From Candidatus Latescibacterota bacterium (GTDB taxonomy: Bacteria; Latescibacterota; UBA2968), in assembly GCA_965208125.1 (NCBI GenBank), contig OZ242320.1, forward strand, positions 1,312,001 to 1,376,000: DNA of 64,000 nucleotides, given 5' to 3'. The position numbers were made by a program, and so were the translations under genes. Position 1 is the first letter of the stretch; each line of letters begins with the position of its first letter. Below the pieces are notes generated by a model that was given only the letters and a program-made list of their open reading frames with translations, had not been told where the DNA came from and did not search any database. Shown here piece by piece: positions 28,796-41,114 of the stretch.

Positions 28796-30052
28796 TTAAT
28801 CCCTGGGTGGACGAATTTTTGATTTGGGTTTTTTGAACTCCCACATCAGTTCGCTGCGGCCAAAATCGGTTTCGTGAGACTGCACGATGAGTTTGATATA
28901 CTTTGTCTGATCTGAAACAACCGATGTTTTCATAACCGTGTGCGCGGAAAAATAGAGTATAAGCAATTTTTCATTGCCCACATAAGTAATATTCATGGGC
29001 GGCTCTGCAAAATAGCGCACTTTTTCACCGGGCCTATAAGTGGGATAAATATACGTACCAAATACATCTGTGACTTCGATTTCTCTACCCGGTACAGAAA
29101 CCTGGAGTGCTTCGAGCGGATAAAATGCCCGCTCTTCAATATTGTCGGGTTCATACCCGATCTCTTCGCTGTCTTCGAGATAAATTGTCCAGCGACTCAG
29201 ATCGAGATACCCTTTGTCGTAAATGGTATTGAATTTTACGCGAATTTGAATATCGTCATCGAGTTGGTTTTGGCTGGCATACGCATCCCATGTGTGGGCA
29301 GAAATGCTGTCGGGACCGTAGTGGGTTTGCAACATGTCAAACTCTGAACGCACGAGATCCGGGACGTATAGCGTCGCTGAGATAAGCAACGGGGAACGCA
29401 CGACGCGATAGCGTTCGGAAACCCCCAACTCTCGGAATTGCAAATCTGGATGATCGGCAATACTCGGTGCCTGTGACAAATTATCTATGGGACGCACCGA
29501 GGGAATAAAGCTGCGCACAGTCCATATCTTGAGCAATTGCGGATATGTCCAGGTATTATCTGGATCCGGTTTTGAAGGCAGAGTGAGTTTATACACCTCT
29601 TTTTTTCCCGAAAATTCGGGAAAAAGTGGAGAGTTCTGAACGTGATAATAGGGATGTTCCGCAATGGGGATAGCAAAAACATCGCCTTTTTCAATGAGCT
29701 TATCCAGGCGTTCGATTTGCTTGCTATCGAGCGCAGTTTTGAGCGCATCAAACACAGCACTCGCACTGTCATTAGCACTTTGTCGCAGACTTTTCAGATC
29801 TTTGAGTTTGGGAATATAGCCCTGCCACAAAAGGGCTTCATTGGTTCGGCGAGCGCGTTCGGTTTGATATTCAATCACGATATCGCGAAGCGCAGAAACG
29901 TGATTGGCAATATGTTCTTTCTGATCGCCCCTCGCCTTGAGGTGCTTGCTCAATCGATCCGCTTCAAGGAGATCCTTCGTATTGGCACCCCAGGCAGTTT
30001 GAAGCGCGAAAACAAAAAGAAAAAGGAGGGTTGAGGCAATTCGCAAAAACAT
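28796..30052 (-). CDS. Hypothetical secreted protein
   Basis: 418-aa ORF with a signal peptide, tightly packed in the minus-strand operon. Confidence 0.7.
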   Translation of the reverse strand: MFLRIASTLLFLFVFALQTAWGANTKDLLEADRLSKHLKARGDQKEHIANHVSALRDIVIEYQTERARRTNEALLWQGYIPKLKDLKSLRQSANDSASAVFDALKTALDSKQIERLDKLIEKGDVFAIPIAEHPYYHVQNSPLFPEFSGKKEVYKLTLPSKPDPDNTWTYPQLLKIWTVRSFIPSVRPIDNLSQAPSIADHPDLQFRELGVSERYRVVRSPLLISATLYVPDLVRSEFDMLQTHYGPDSISAHTWDAYASQNQLDDDIQIRVKFNTIYDKGYLDLSRWTIYLEDSEEIGYEPDNIEERAFYPLEALQVSVPGREIEVTDVFGTYIYPTYRPGEKVRYFAEPPMNITYVGNEKLLILYFSAHTVMKTSVVSDQTKYIKLIVQSHETDFGRSELMWEFKKPKSKIRPPRD

Positions 30053-30055
30053 AGG

Positions 30056-30472
30056 TCAATGTTCCGATGAACCGATTTCGACGTGTACGCTCCACCAGTT
30101 AAAATTCTGTCCGCTGGCCTCAAGTGTGACCGGGCTTGTCTGTCCTGCTGTCATATTCATTCTGGAGGTAGGACCGAGTTCAACCCTGTTTGACAGGTGG
30201 ATTTCGACACGGACATTGGAGACAGTCGCGTTGGTCGTATTGGTCAATGTTCCCGTGAACATCTCTTGCTGACTGTCGTAGCGCATGACGAGCTCAACTC
30301 CGCTTCGGGCCTCCTTAGCCTCATCTGCCAGTCCATACTGAGTACCTGATTCACCTGCTTCACCCGATTCGGTCGGACTGCCCGCGCACGCCATGAGGAC
30401 CAGCGTAAAGACACAAGCCAGAGCATAGAGAGATATGGTTCGAGATGGTTCAGGGTGTGTGGATGTTGACAT
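30056..30472 (-). CDS. Small lipoprotein, FxLYD/Ig-like domain
   Basis: RBS AGGAGG, lipobox LMAC, FTGTLTNTT ... VRVEI beta-sandwich pattern. Confidence 0.65.
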   Translation of the reverse strand: MSTSTHPEPSRTISLYALACVFTLVLMACAGSPTESGEAGESGTQYGLADEAKEARSGVELVMRYDSQQEMFTGTLTNTTNATVSNVRVEIHLSNRVELGPTSRMNMTAGQTSPVTLEASGQNFNWWSVHVEIGSSEH

Positions 30473-30643
30473 GGTTATATCCTCCTGTCGGAATGTGTTA
30501 TCCACTTCTTTTTCGGAATGTATAGTTCTAATGTCTAAATATAAAAAAGGTTCAAATTTTTTAAAAAATCGAAAATGATCATTGTAGTTCTATCTCTTAA
30601 AAAACAATATGTTGTAAACATAAACCACACACGATATATTTTG

Positions 30644-32794
30644 TTATTTTCGTCGATGTCGCGTGCGTTTGGCGCGATTGTTGCGGCGATGTGGGATGTG
30701 TTTCAGCAGGTGAAAATCTATCCGCAGGCGTTGCTGGTCGAGCTGGGCGAGTTGTACCCGAACCGAATCTCCAAGTCGGAAAATCGTCCCCGTGGATTCA
30801 CCAATGAGCGCGCCTTGCAACTCGTGGTAAATATAATAATCATCGTAGAGATATTTTACGTGAACCAGACCCTCAATGAGTACATCATTGAGCTGAACAA
30901 AAAACCCGATAGAACGCACATCGACGATAACAGCATCAAAACACTCGCCCATCTTATCTTTCAAATACAGAATCTGCATAAGCCGAATAGCATCCCACTC
31001 GGCTTGTTGCGCAGCGATCTCGCGTTGCGTCGCCAGATCCCCAATATCGGGCAAGCGGCGTGCCCGGCGCGCCATCTGTCCGGGCGTGATCGCATCGTTA
31101 ATCGCATCGCGCAAGATGCGGTGAAGAATCAAATCGGGATAGCGCCGAATGGGCGATGTGAAATGCGTATAAGTATCGCAGGCCAATCCAAAATGACCGA
31201 CATTGTCGGGTGTGTACACCGCTTTCTTCATTGAGCGCAACAGGCGATTACTCAAAATATAACCAACAGGCTCATCCTTGAAATTTGCGAGAAACGCCTG
31301 GATATTTTCCGCCCGCGAGGGATTTGAAAGGCGATATCCCAGTGATTTTGCCAGATCGCAAAATTCGGCGAGTTTTTCACCATCGGGCGGTTCGTGGACG
31401 CGATAGAGAATCGGGACGCCGCTATCGGCCATGTGCCGCGCAACGATTTCATTTGCCAGAAGCATAAATTCTTCAATGAGACGGTGGCTATTCAAACGAG
31501 CGCGGGGACCAATGTGAATGGGATGACCCTGATCGTCGAGGACAATACGCGGTTCGGGAATCTCAAAATCAATCGTACCCCTTGCCATGCGTCTCTCTGT
31601 CAGACGACTCCTCAGAGCTTCCATATGCATGAGAACATCGGCATGCGATTCGGCGGGATTGGTCGCGCCCCTATCGCAATCGAGCACGCGCTGAACCTCT
31701 TCATAAGACAGGCTCGCGCGGCTGCGTATAACCGTCTCTGCAATTTGGGTGTCAATCAGCTCGCCATCGGGGGTAATCTGCGCCAGAACACTCAGCGCCA
31801 GACGATCTTCACCGGGCTGCAGAGAACAGATATTTGCAGAAAGCCTCTCCGGCAACATGGGAATAACGCGATCGGGAAAATACACGCTACTGCCGCGCGC
31901 GAGAGCTTCGTGGTCAAGGGGCGAGCCTTCGGGAACATAGTAGCTGACATCGGCAATATGAATGCCCAGACAATAGGTCTGATCATCGAGAACCTGAAGC
32001 GACACAGCATCGTCGTGATCGCGCGCATCGGCTGGATCAATCGTAAAACAAATCAAATCGCGCAAATCGAGGCGACGGTCAATTTCCTCTGTGGGAATAC
32101 CTTCGGGAATCGCTTCGGTAGCATCGAGAACATGTTGCGGGAAAACGAGAGGAAGGCCGAGTTTTTTGATCAGAATAAGGGTCTCAATGCCCGCATCATC
32201 CGCATTGCCCAGAACTTCGACAATCCGCCCATCGGGATGGGCATTGGGTGAGGAATATTTGAGTCGCACAACCACCTTTTGCCCCGCCTTAGCGCCACAG
32301 GCCAGGTCATCGGGGATATGAATGCGTCCGCGGATACGCGGATCGTCGGAAGTGACGAGAGAAACGCCGTCATACGTACCCACCATTGTTTGCTCGGCGC
32401 GTTCCACAATGCGAACCAACTCACCCTCTGCGCGATCGCTGCCCTGTGCCCTGCGCGTGAGGCGTGCCACAGCGCGGTCGCCGTGTCGCGCACGTCTCAT
32501 GTATCTCGCACCAATAAAAATATCTGCGCCGCCATCTTCGGGCGCAAGCAGACCATATCCACTGGCCTGGACACTGATGCGACCAACGACGAGATTGTGA
32601 TCAGACGGAATGCCGTAACGGCTGCGGCGCAATTTTACGAGGTCACCATCGCGCACCATGCTGCGAATCAGGCGGCGAAAATCTGAATAAGCCCGATTGG
32701 AGACGCGAAGCGCGCGAGCAAGTTCCCTGATCTTGAGCGGACGCCTGTGTTGTTGGCGCACAAAATTCAGTACCTGATCGCGAGAGACAGACAT
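30644..32794 (-). CDS. rnr: Ribonuclease R
   Basis: FTIDPADARDHDDA, HFTSPIRRYPDL, N-terminal HTH/cold-shock domains, C-terminal S1 domain and basic tail. Confidence 0.95.
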   Translation of the reverse strand: MSVSRDQVLNFVRQQHRRPLKIRELARALRVSNRAYSDFRRLIRSMVRDGDLVKLRRSRYGIPSDHNLVVGRISVQASGYGLLAPEDGGADIFIGARYMRRARHGDRAVARLTRRAQGSDRAEGELVRIVERAEQTMVGTYDGVSLVTSDDPRIRGRIHIPDDLACGAKAGQKVVVRLKYSSPNAHPDGRIVEVLGNADDAGIETLILIKKLGLPLVFPQHVLDATEAIPEGIPTEEIDRRLDLRDLICFTIDPADARDHDDAVSLQVLDDQTYCLGIHIADVSYYVPEGSPLDHEALARGSSVYFPDRVIPMLPERLSANICSLQPGEDRLALSVLAQITPDGELIDTQIAETVIRSRASLSYEEVQRVLDCDRGATNPAESHADVLMHMEALRSRLTERRMARGTIDFEIPEPRIVLDDQGHPIHIGPRARLNSHRLIEEFMLLANEIVARHMADSGVPILYRVHEPPDGEKLAEFCDLAKSLGYRLSNPSRAENIQAFLANFKDEPVGYILSNRLLRSMKKAVYTPDNVGHFGLACDTYTHFTSPIRRYPDLILHRILRDAINDAITPGQMARRARRLPDIGDLATQREIAAQQAEWDAIRLMQILYLKDKMGECFDAVIVDVRSIGFFVQLNDVLIEGLVHVKYLYDDYYIYHELQGALIGESTGTIFRLGDSVRVQLAQLDQQRLRIDFHLLKHIPHRRNNRAKRTRHRRK

Positions 32795-32915
32795 ATTTTT
32801 TATAGGAACCAATAGCAGATAAACAGGCGGGAGATATGGTGGCGGTGTTTGAGCGAAATCATTATACTGCTGTGAGTGACGCAAGGCAAATATACGGAAA
32901 GGGTGCGAAAAAGCA

Positions 32916-34001
32916 ATGCAAAACCTCTACCGGCTAATCACAATAGCTCTCTTGTGCTTTGGAGGGTGCGCCGCGCAATATGTTCTGGCGCCCGACGGGG
33001 AATACGATTATCGCGTACCCGTTGGGCGAGGTGATGCGCAGGCGGGATTTGAAACCCTATTTGCTTCCACTGTAAAAGTCGTGTGGACGCCTCAATATAC
33101 CAACGTATTTTACACACATGATATGAGAAATGACAGAGGCTTATTACTCCATTTGCCTTTAAGAGATGAAAACAGCCCAACCGGCTATCGGCTATTGCGA
33201 AATGGCATCCGCGAAACCGTCGATTCTTATTCCAAAGTAGGCACCGCGCTTGTGATTTCGCGACAAGCCGTGGCCAATCAATACAATGTGGCAGTTGCAC
33301 TGACAAATGCACATCTGGTAACAGCACCGGATACCATTCGGTATTTCATGCGGGACGCCCGAGGCATCGAAACAAATGTGCTCGAACGGATTTCCATTAA
33401 AATCAGCACCTCATTGCACGTAGTCAATCGCGATGGCGAACGCATCTCTGCTAAAATCGTGCGCCTTGATCCCGAAGCAGACCTATCTTTGCTCAAACTC
33501 AATATCCCCAATCTGATGAAAAAACCATGGCCTTTTTTGCTGCGGCTGGGCAAGACATCGGATCTGCAATGGGGCAATTTTGTCTATATCGCAGGTCATC
33601 CAAAAAATAAGATACACCTCACTGCGGGCACCGTGAGTTTAGACGAAGACGACGATCGGTTTTTTGTCGATGCGCCCATCCGTGCGGGCTACAGTGGCGG
33701 ACCTGTGGTTGCCGTACGAGATGGCTTGCCCAATTTTGAACTCGTGGGCCTTTGTCGGGGAGCGACAACAGAAACATTTCGCTTGCTGGTACCCCACCAT
33801 AGATTAAATGAAGGTGCGACATTATCGCCCGATTTGCTCAGTCAAATCTCGGTTGAAGAGCGCGAGATGGTAGAACCCGGTTTGGGTATTATCGTGGGAA
33901 TTGAAGCCGTCAAACGATTTCTATTGGACAGTCGCGATTCGCTCCGAGAGAACGGTGTAGATATCAAAACCGATGCGGCATTGCGAATGTGGGGGTTTTG
34001 A
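32916..34001 (+). CDS. Trypsin-like serine protease, lipoprotein
   Basis: Lipobox FGGC; catalytic triad motifs TNAHLV, DLSLLK and GYSGGP. Confidence 0.8.
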   Translation: MQNLYRLITIALLCFGGCAAQYVLAPDGEYDYRVPVGRGDAQAGFETLFASTVKVVWTPQYTNVFYTHDMRNDRGLLLHLPLRDENSPTGYRLLRNGIRETVDSYSKVGTALVISRQAVANQYNVAVALTNAHLVTAPDTIRYFMRDARGIETNVLERISIKISTSLHVVNRDGERISAKIVRLDPEADLSLLKLNIPNLMKKPWPFLLRLGKTSDLQWGNFVYIAGHPKNKIHLTAGTVSLDEDDDRFFVDAPIRAGYSGGPVVAVRDGLPNFELVGLCRGATTETFRLLVPHHRLNEGATLSPDLLSQISVEEREMVEPGLGIIVGIEAVKRFLLDSRDSLRENGVDIKTDAALRMWGF

Positions 34002-34054
34002 ATTCGCGGGGATATATATTATATTGTCGGGTTATATTGTTAATCCGATTTGTC

Positions 34055-34080
34055 GTAGGGGCGACCCCCTGTGGTCGCCC
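34055..34080 (+). repeat. Single GTAG-type REP
   Basis: GTAGGGGCGACCCCCTGTGGTCGCCC. Confidence 0.8.
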
Positions 34081-34113
34081 GCTGACCTTACACATTTTTA
34101 CAAGGAGATCCAA

Positions 34114-34566
34114 ATGAGACATTTTGCCATTTCACTGCTGGGCGTATTCCTTTTTCCCGCACTGGTCGGGGCGCACTGCGAGATACCGTGTGGGATCTAT
34201 GGCGATGAGGGTCGGTTTGTACTGCTATTGGAAAATGTGACCACCATTGAAAAATCGATGAATGAAATCAACAGATTGTCGGGAGAAAGCGAGAAGAACA
34301 ACAACCAGATCGTGCGGTGGGTCGTCAACAAAGAGCACCATGCCGATCAGATTCGCGACATTGTCGCACAATATTTCCTGGCGCAACGGATCACAGAACC
34401 GGCAGAAGGGGATGCCGCGGCAGCAAAAGCCTATACCGAAAAGCTAATAGCCCTGCACAAAATCATACGCACGGCAATGAAGTGCAAACAAACTACAGAC
34501 CCGAAAAACGCGCAGACCTTGCGCGATCACATAAACGCTTTTCAGGCCCTTTACAATGCAAAATAG
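34114..34566 (+). CDS. sodN: Nickel superoxide dismutase
   Basis: Ni-hook HCEIPCGIY directly after a 20-aa signal-like leader; NQIVRWVVNKEHHA, AQYFLAQRI and MKCKQ motifs. Confidence 0.93.
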   Translation: MRHFAISLLGVFLFPALVGAHCEIPCGIYGDEGRFVLLLENVTTIEKSMNEINRLSGESEKNNNQIVRWVVNKEHHADQIRDIVAQYFLAQRITEPAEGDAAAAKAYTEKLIALHKIIRTAMKCKQTTDPKNAQTLRDHINAFQALYNAK

Positions 34567-34573
34567 AGAAACC

Positions 34574-34655
34574 GGGCGGGCACAGGGGCCGTCCCCTACG
34601 GTCTCCTGCGTTTGAACACAACATTACTGTAGGGGCGGTGCCCCCGTGCCCGCCC
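34574..34655. repeat. Variant GTAG-type REP doublet
   Basis: GGGCGGGCACAGGGGCCGTCCCCTAC ... GTAGGGGCGGTGCCCCCGTGCCCGCCC. Confidence 0.75.
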
Positions 34656-34773
34656 GTCATCGCGGCATGATGTTGAACCGCGATCCAATTCATGGGACAA
34701 TCTCCATCGAGATTGTCCTATTTTTTATTTTTTCTTGCGCTTCTGAAAGGTCTTTGATATATTCTCCGCCCCA

Positions 34774-34800
34774 TTAGCACTCGGCAGGTGAGAGTGCTAA
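34774..34800 (+). promoter_or_regulatory. CIRCE element (HrcA operator)
   Basis: Perfect TTAGCACTC-N9-GAGTGCTAA upstream of groES, just downstream of TTGCGC-17bp-TATATT (34735-34763). Confidence 0.96.
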
Positions 34801-34851
34801 AACACATCATCCGTATCTTTTCACTCCACCTCGCAGAAGGAGGCTATAACA

Positions 34852-36809
<1,958 letters not shown>

Positions 36810-36825
36810 ACGGTTCGTTTTACGC

Positions 36826-36858
36826 AAAAAGGGACACTCGATTGGGTGTCCCTTTTTT
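36826..36858. terminator. Bidirectional intrinsic terminator between convergent genes
   Basis: AAAAAGGGACACTC-gatt-GGGTGTCCCTTTTTT. Confidence 0.8.
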
Positions 36859-38159
36859 CATTTTGAACCACAAAAAAACACCCGATTATTGATCACCTCG
36901 CCTGTCTCTTTATCCGGATAACGGGACTCCCCATCAAAAAAAACAAAAGGTGGGAATTGCCCTGCGGGAATGGTATTGGCACCTGCAGGACGTTCCAGAT
37001 TCGCCTCGTTAAAAATCGCATCCCGGGGCAAAGCGAGCTGCGTATTCCAATCCCCATCTCCCTCGTTCAAAGTCAACCAGACCAGACGCTTATCCTCTGT
37101 CTCCCAGTTTAATCCACGCGTGGGCTTGCCATCATTCCAGCCCCTCCCAAGAGGCTGAAACTCCAGCAGAGCATAAAGCGTACCCGCTTCATCCATACTA
37201 AACGCACCCCGGCATCCCGTCGGCCGGTGATCTGGAAAACCCGCATCGACGGACTCTCGCTGCCACACACCCTCTGCATCAAACCAGGCGTGAACAATCT
37301 CACCCGGCTCATCCAAATGTGAAACATAGAGAATATGTGGACCCTCAGAAGAAACCACAATACAACCCTGTGCGAGAACCTCGGGGCGGGGCATAGGTTC
37401 GTGGCGCTCATCCTCCTCAGAACGCGCAAGAACATCGAGCTGCTCCGGCCGCGCTGGCAACTCAATGCGCGCACCATCGGCCCTCTCCCACGTCTCGCCA
37501 CCATCCCGGCTACACATATAACACACAGCCTGATGCAGCCCGCGCTGATCGCGGATACCTGTACCCTCGTAAAAATCTATCACAAGATGAAGAACGCCAT
37601 CTGCACCGACAGCCATACCCGTCTGAAAAGCGCCATAACCCGTATAATCCTCACGCCGCTTAACCAATTTCCCGCGCGCTTCCCAGATCCCATCTCTGCT
37701 CTTAGAATAAAAATCCACACCATCCCAGCGATTGGGTGACCGCATAGTCAAATAAAGCGTATCGTCCAAACCGCACACAACAACCGGATAGGTCCCCGAC
37801 CCAGCCGGCTCTCCCTCTGTCCATTCACTCGCATCATTGGGCCGTACCGACCGCCGATACGTCACCGGCGAATTGTGACCACTCATAATAGCCTGCAAAT
37901 AGCCCTGGTGGTCAATGGTCATAACCGGACGCGCGTGATTATCGCGCCCCCTGTTAAAAGTCAACGGTTCTGACCATTCCCCAGTATCGCAATCAAAAGT
38001 ACAAACCCTGTTGAAATAGCCCTCACCTGTAACATCCTGCCAGACCACATGCGTTCTACCCTCGAACGTAACAACCTTATTCCCCGCACCAGAAGTCGCG
38101 CGCTCACTGCCAATTTGAGAGATTAATCTGGTCACATTGAACCCCCTCGAGTGTATCAT
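36858..38159 (-). CDS. BNR-4 repeat beta-propeller protein
   Basis: DNHARP, GHNS, GTYP motifs and an Asp-box SRDGGETW. Confidence 0.75.
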   Translation of the reverse strand: MIHSRGFNVTRLISQIGSERATSGAGNKVVTFEGRTHVVWQDVTGEGYFNRVCTFDCDTGEWSEPLTFNRGRDNHARPVMTIDHQGYLQAIMSGHNSPVTYRRSVRPNDASEWTEGEPAGSGTYPVVVCGLDDTLYLTMRSPNRWDGVDFYSKSRDGIWEARGKLVKRREDYTGYGAFQTGMAVGADGVLHLVIDFYEGTGIRDQRGLHQAVCYMCSRDGGETWERADGARIELPARPEQLDVLARSEEDERHEPMPRPEVLAQGCIVVSSEGPHILYVSHLDEPGEIVHAWFDAEGVWQRESVDAGFPDHRPTGCRGAFSMDEAGTLYALLEFQPLGRGWNDGKPTRGLNWETEDKRLVWLTLNEGDGDWNTQLALPRDAIFNEANLERPAGANTIPAGQFPPFVFFDGESRYPDKETGEVINNRVFFCGSK

Positions 38160-39181
38160 ATCCTGAACCGCTCAAAAACCAGATACTGATACGAATGTTC
38201 TTCGCCCGCCTCATACAAACACCCAACATCGCCCTCGGGTAACAGAGCCAGACAGGAATACGCTGCTGGACCCTCGTGCAACAGCTTTTCTCGGACCCAC
38301 GACTCCCCGCCATCCTCGCTCAAACGCACAGTCATATTCTCGCGCACCCCTCTTCCCTTACCCGGATAAAACCGTTCTCCAGCTTTGGGACTTTCTATCG
38401 GCGTGAGCGATACCGGATTTGAAAAAAACAACCGGTCGCCTTCGCCTATCAAACTCGCCTGACATTTCGGACACGGCAAATTCTCATCGTGTACAACCCC
38501 TGACCAATTGTGCCCCCCATCCCCACTCACCGAAATCCCCCTCACCCCCTCACTATACGTCTGCATCCGAATATTCATCTTCAACAACCCATCCGCCAAT
38601 TCCACAACCTGACATTCATTCGCACCCGGCGTAATCAACGCGCTCATCTGCCACGTTGCCCCGTGGTCATCGCTGTAAATCGCATGTGAACCATTTCCAT
38701 AAATCTCATCCTCGCGATGGTCGCACGGAATCACCAGCCGCCCCCTGTGCTCCCCCCGTTGCAATTGAATACCAACACCCGGACCCGTCGCATACCAATT
38801 CCACGAAGGCTTCTTCACAACAGCAGTAATCTCCGTGGGATCTGCCCACGTCTTCCCATCATCCCCACTATGCGTAATAAACACATCGTCATTTTCCCGA
38901 CAAAACGGCAACCAGATCACACCCGTATCACCATCCACCACAGGACAAGGATTGCCAATCGTCACCTCGCCAGGCTCGCCATAAATCAACAACTGTTCGG
39001 ACCACGTCTCCCCACCGTCCTCCGACCGCTTCACCAGCAAATCGAGATCCCCGTGATCCCCACGCCCGGTGCGCCGCCCCTCGCAAAACGCCAGCAAAGT
39101 CCCCGCCTTTGTCACCAGCAATGCCGGAATGCGATACGTGTGATACCCATCCTGTCCACTGGTATATACATGTGTCTTCAT
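38156..39181 (-). CDS. Sialidase-family glycoside hydrolase (GH33), no signal peptide
   Basis: YRIP motif, several Asp-boxes (SEDGGETW, SGDDGKTW, SDDHGATW, SEDGGESW), AYS and LYE motifs. Confidence 0.88.
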   Translation of the reverse strand: MKTHVYTSGQDGYHTYRIPALLVTKAGTLLAFCEGRRTGRGDHGDLDLLVKRSEDGGETWSEQLLIYGEPGEVTIGNPCPVVDGDTGVIWLPFCRENDDVFITHSGDDGKTWADPTEITAVVKKPSWNWYATGPGVGIQLQRGEHRGRLVIPCDHREDEIYGNGSHAIYSDDHGATWQMSALITPGANECQVVELADGLLKMNIRMQTYSEGVRGISVSGDGGHNWSGVVHDENLPCPKCQASLIGEGDRLFFSNPVSLTPIESPKAGERFYPGKGRGVRENMTVRLSEDGGESWVREKLLHEGPAAYSCLALLPEGDVGCLYEAGEEHSYQYLVFERFRI

Positions 39182-39196
39182 AACGCCTCCCTTGTA

Positions 39197-40072
39197 TTAT
39201 GACCTCTCCAAAGGAACCAGCCGCAGTGCATTCTCGCAATAAATCTTCTCCCTGACATCCTGTGGCAAATCCAACTCCTCCAGATGTACCTGCAACGCAT
39301 TCCCCGGAGCATCGCGTCCAAACAGCAAACGATCCTGATATTCAATCAAAAAATCTCGCCCCCCATCCTCCATCCGCTGCAACGCATTCAAACCAGAACC
39401 CGCCGACAAATCCGCCCAGAGATTCGTATATTCTGCAAACAGATCAAACAAGCGCCCCCCCGGCACAATCGGACTCGAAGGATATACCTCCACATCAGTC
39501 GCCTCATCCCCACTCACATGCCGCCAGAACCCGGGCGCGTGACCGACAAACGTCGCATCTGGACACGCCTGCAACGCCTGTTCCAGCGCGCCAATCTCCC
39601 CCCCATACCAATACTCCTGATACACCCCATTCAAAAACGGCGTATCAATATGCAAAACCACTGGCGCACCCAACTCACCCGCCTTGCGAAACAACAAAAT
39701 CGCACGCGGATCATTCAACAACATCCGATAGCTCCACTCCCCGCACACCCGAACGCCATGTGAATAATACGCCGCCTCAAAAAGCCCTGCGGCATCGCCC
39801 TCCGACGGACAGGGACAATATCCCGCCACAAACCGATCGGGATATTTCTCACACGCCCGCGAAAGATCATTCAACGTCGTCCCCGCATGCGTCCCATCGG
39901 GCCGTGCATTGACCGGATTAAACACGCGATGGCTACTCGCCACATGCTCGCCCGGCGGCAAATACCACGTAAGCAACCACGCCACATCATACCCGAACTG
40001 ATCCATCTCATTCAGCACGCCCTCGGCATTGAGACCGTGATAATAAATGTGATTGTGTGCATCAATAATCAT
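39197..40072 (-). CDS. Amidohydrolase family protein (Amidohydro_2)
   Basis: IDAHNH, PVVLH, FVGHA and LLFGRD motifs. Confidence 0.85.
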   Translation of the reverse strand: MIIDAHNHIYYHGLNAEGVLNEMDQFGYDVAWLLTWYLPPGEHVASSHRVFNPVNARPDGTHAGTTLNDLSRACEKYPDRFVAGYCPCPSEGDAAGLFEAAYYSHGVRVCGEWSYRMLLNDPRAILLFRKAGELGAPVVLHIDTPFLNGVYQEYWYGGEIGALEQALQACPDATFVGHAPGFWRHVSGDEATDVEVYPSSPIVPGGRLFDLFAEYTNLWADLSAGSGLNALQRMEDGGRDFLIEYQDRLLFGRDAPGNALQVHLEELDLPQDVREKIYCENALRLVPLERS

Positions 40073-40175
40073 AGTAAAAAACTCCGGTTTTCATGATTTC
40101 CCTTGACGCAGATACAATCCCCAAATAATATTAAGCGCCGCGCCATTGCAAAACAAATATCCCAATCACTGTCAA

Positions 40176-41114
40176 ATGTCCAACTCTCAATTAGACCTCT
40201 CGACAAAAATCGCCAAAAGGCTCACGCTCAAAAACCCCGTCATCATGGCATCGGGCACTTTTGGACACGGCGCCGAATACGCGTCCCTCTTTGACCTGAG
40301 CAAAATCGGCGGCATCGTCACAAAAACCATCACCTATCACCCCCGGGCGGGCAACCCACCGCCGCGCACAGCCGAAACCCCATCCGGCATGCTAAACGCC
40401 ATTGGACTCACCAACCCGGGCATCGACGCATTCATCGCCGAAAAAGTCCCACCTCTCGCCGCGCTCAACACCGGACGCATCGTCAGCATAGCGGGAACAT
40501 CGGACCGGGAATTTGCCGACATGGCCGCCCGATTCAACGACCTCGAAGGCATAGACGCCCTCGAACTCAACATCTCATCGCCCAACATGAAAGACGGCGG
40601 CATGCTCTTTGGCTGTTCCGAGCGCGCCGCCCACAACGTAACCCGAGCCGTCAAAGCCGTATCGCAATTGCCCATCATCGTCAAACTCACCCCAAACGTA
40701 ACAGACATAGCCGCCATAGCCAGCGCAGTCGAAGAAGGCGGAGCAGACGGCATCGCCCTCATCAACACCCTGCTGGGCATGGCAATCGACATAGACACGC
40801 GCCGCCCCATCCTGGGAAATATCACAGGCGGATTATCTGGACCCGCGATCAAACCCGTCGCCCTCGCCCTGCTCTGGAAAGTCGTCGAACGGGTCTCTGT
40901 CCCCGTCATCGGCATGGGCGGCATAGCCACAGCGCGCGACGCCATTGAATTTCTCATCATTGGCGCATCCGCCATACAGATCGGAACCACGACCTTTGTT
41001 CGCCCTCTTGCAGCCCTGGAGATACTCGATGGCATTGCAGACTATTGCAAAACACATGAAATCGACCGCATATCCGACCTCGTCGGCAGCATGCAACCAC
41101 CTGCGGCGCATTAA
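40176..41114 (+). CDS. pyrD: Dihydroorotate dehydrogenase (family 1B-type catalytic subunit)
   Basis: NPVIMASGTFG, GMLNAIGL, ELNISSPN, VKLTPNVTDI and GGLSGPAIKP motifs. Confidence 0.93.
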   Translation: MSNSQLDLSTKIAKRLTLKNPVIMASGTFGHGAEYASLFDLSKIGGIVTKTITYHPRAGNPPPRTAETPSGMLNAIGLTNPGIDAFIAEKVPPLAALNTGRIVSIAGTSDREFADMAARFNDLEGIDALELNISSPNMKDGGMLFGCSERAAHNVTRAVKAVSQLPIIVKLTPNVTDIAAIASAVEEGGADGIALINTLLGMAIDIDTRRPILGNITGGLSGPAIKPVALALLWKVVERVSVPVIGMGGIATARDAIEFLIIGASAIQIGTTTFVRPLAALEILDGIADYCKTHEIDRISDLVGSMQPPAAH

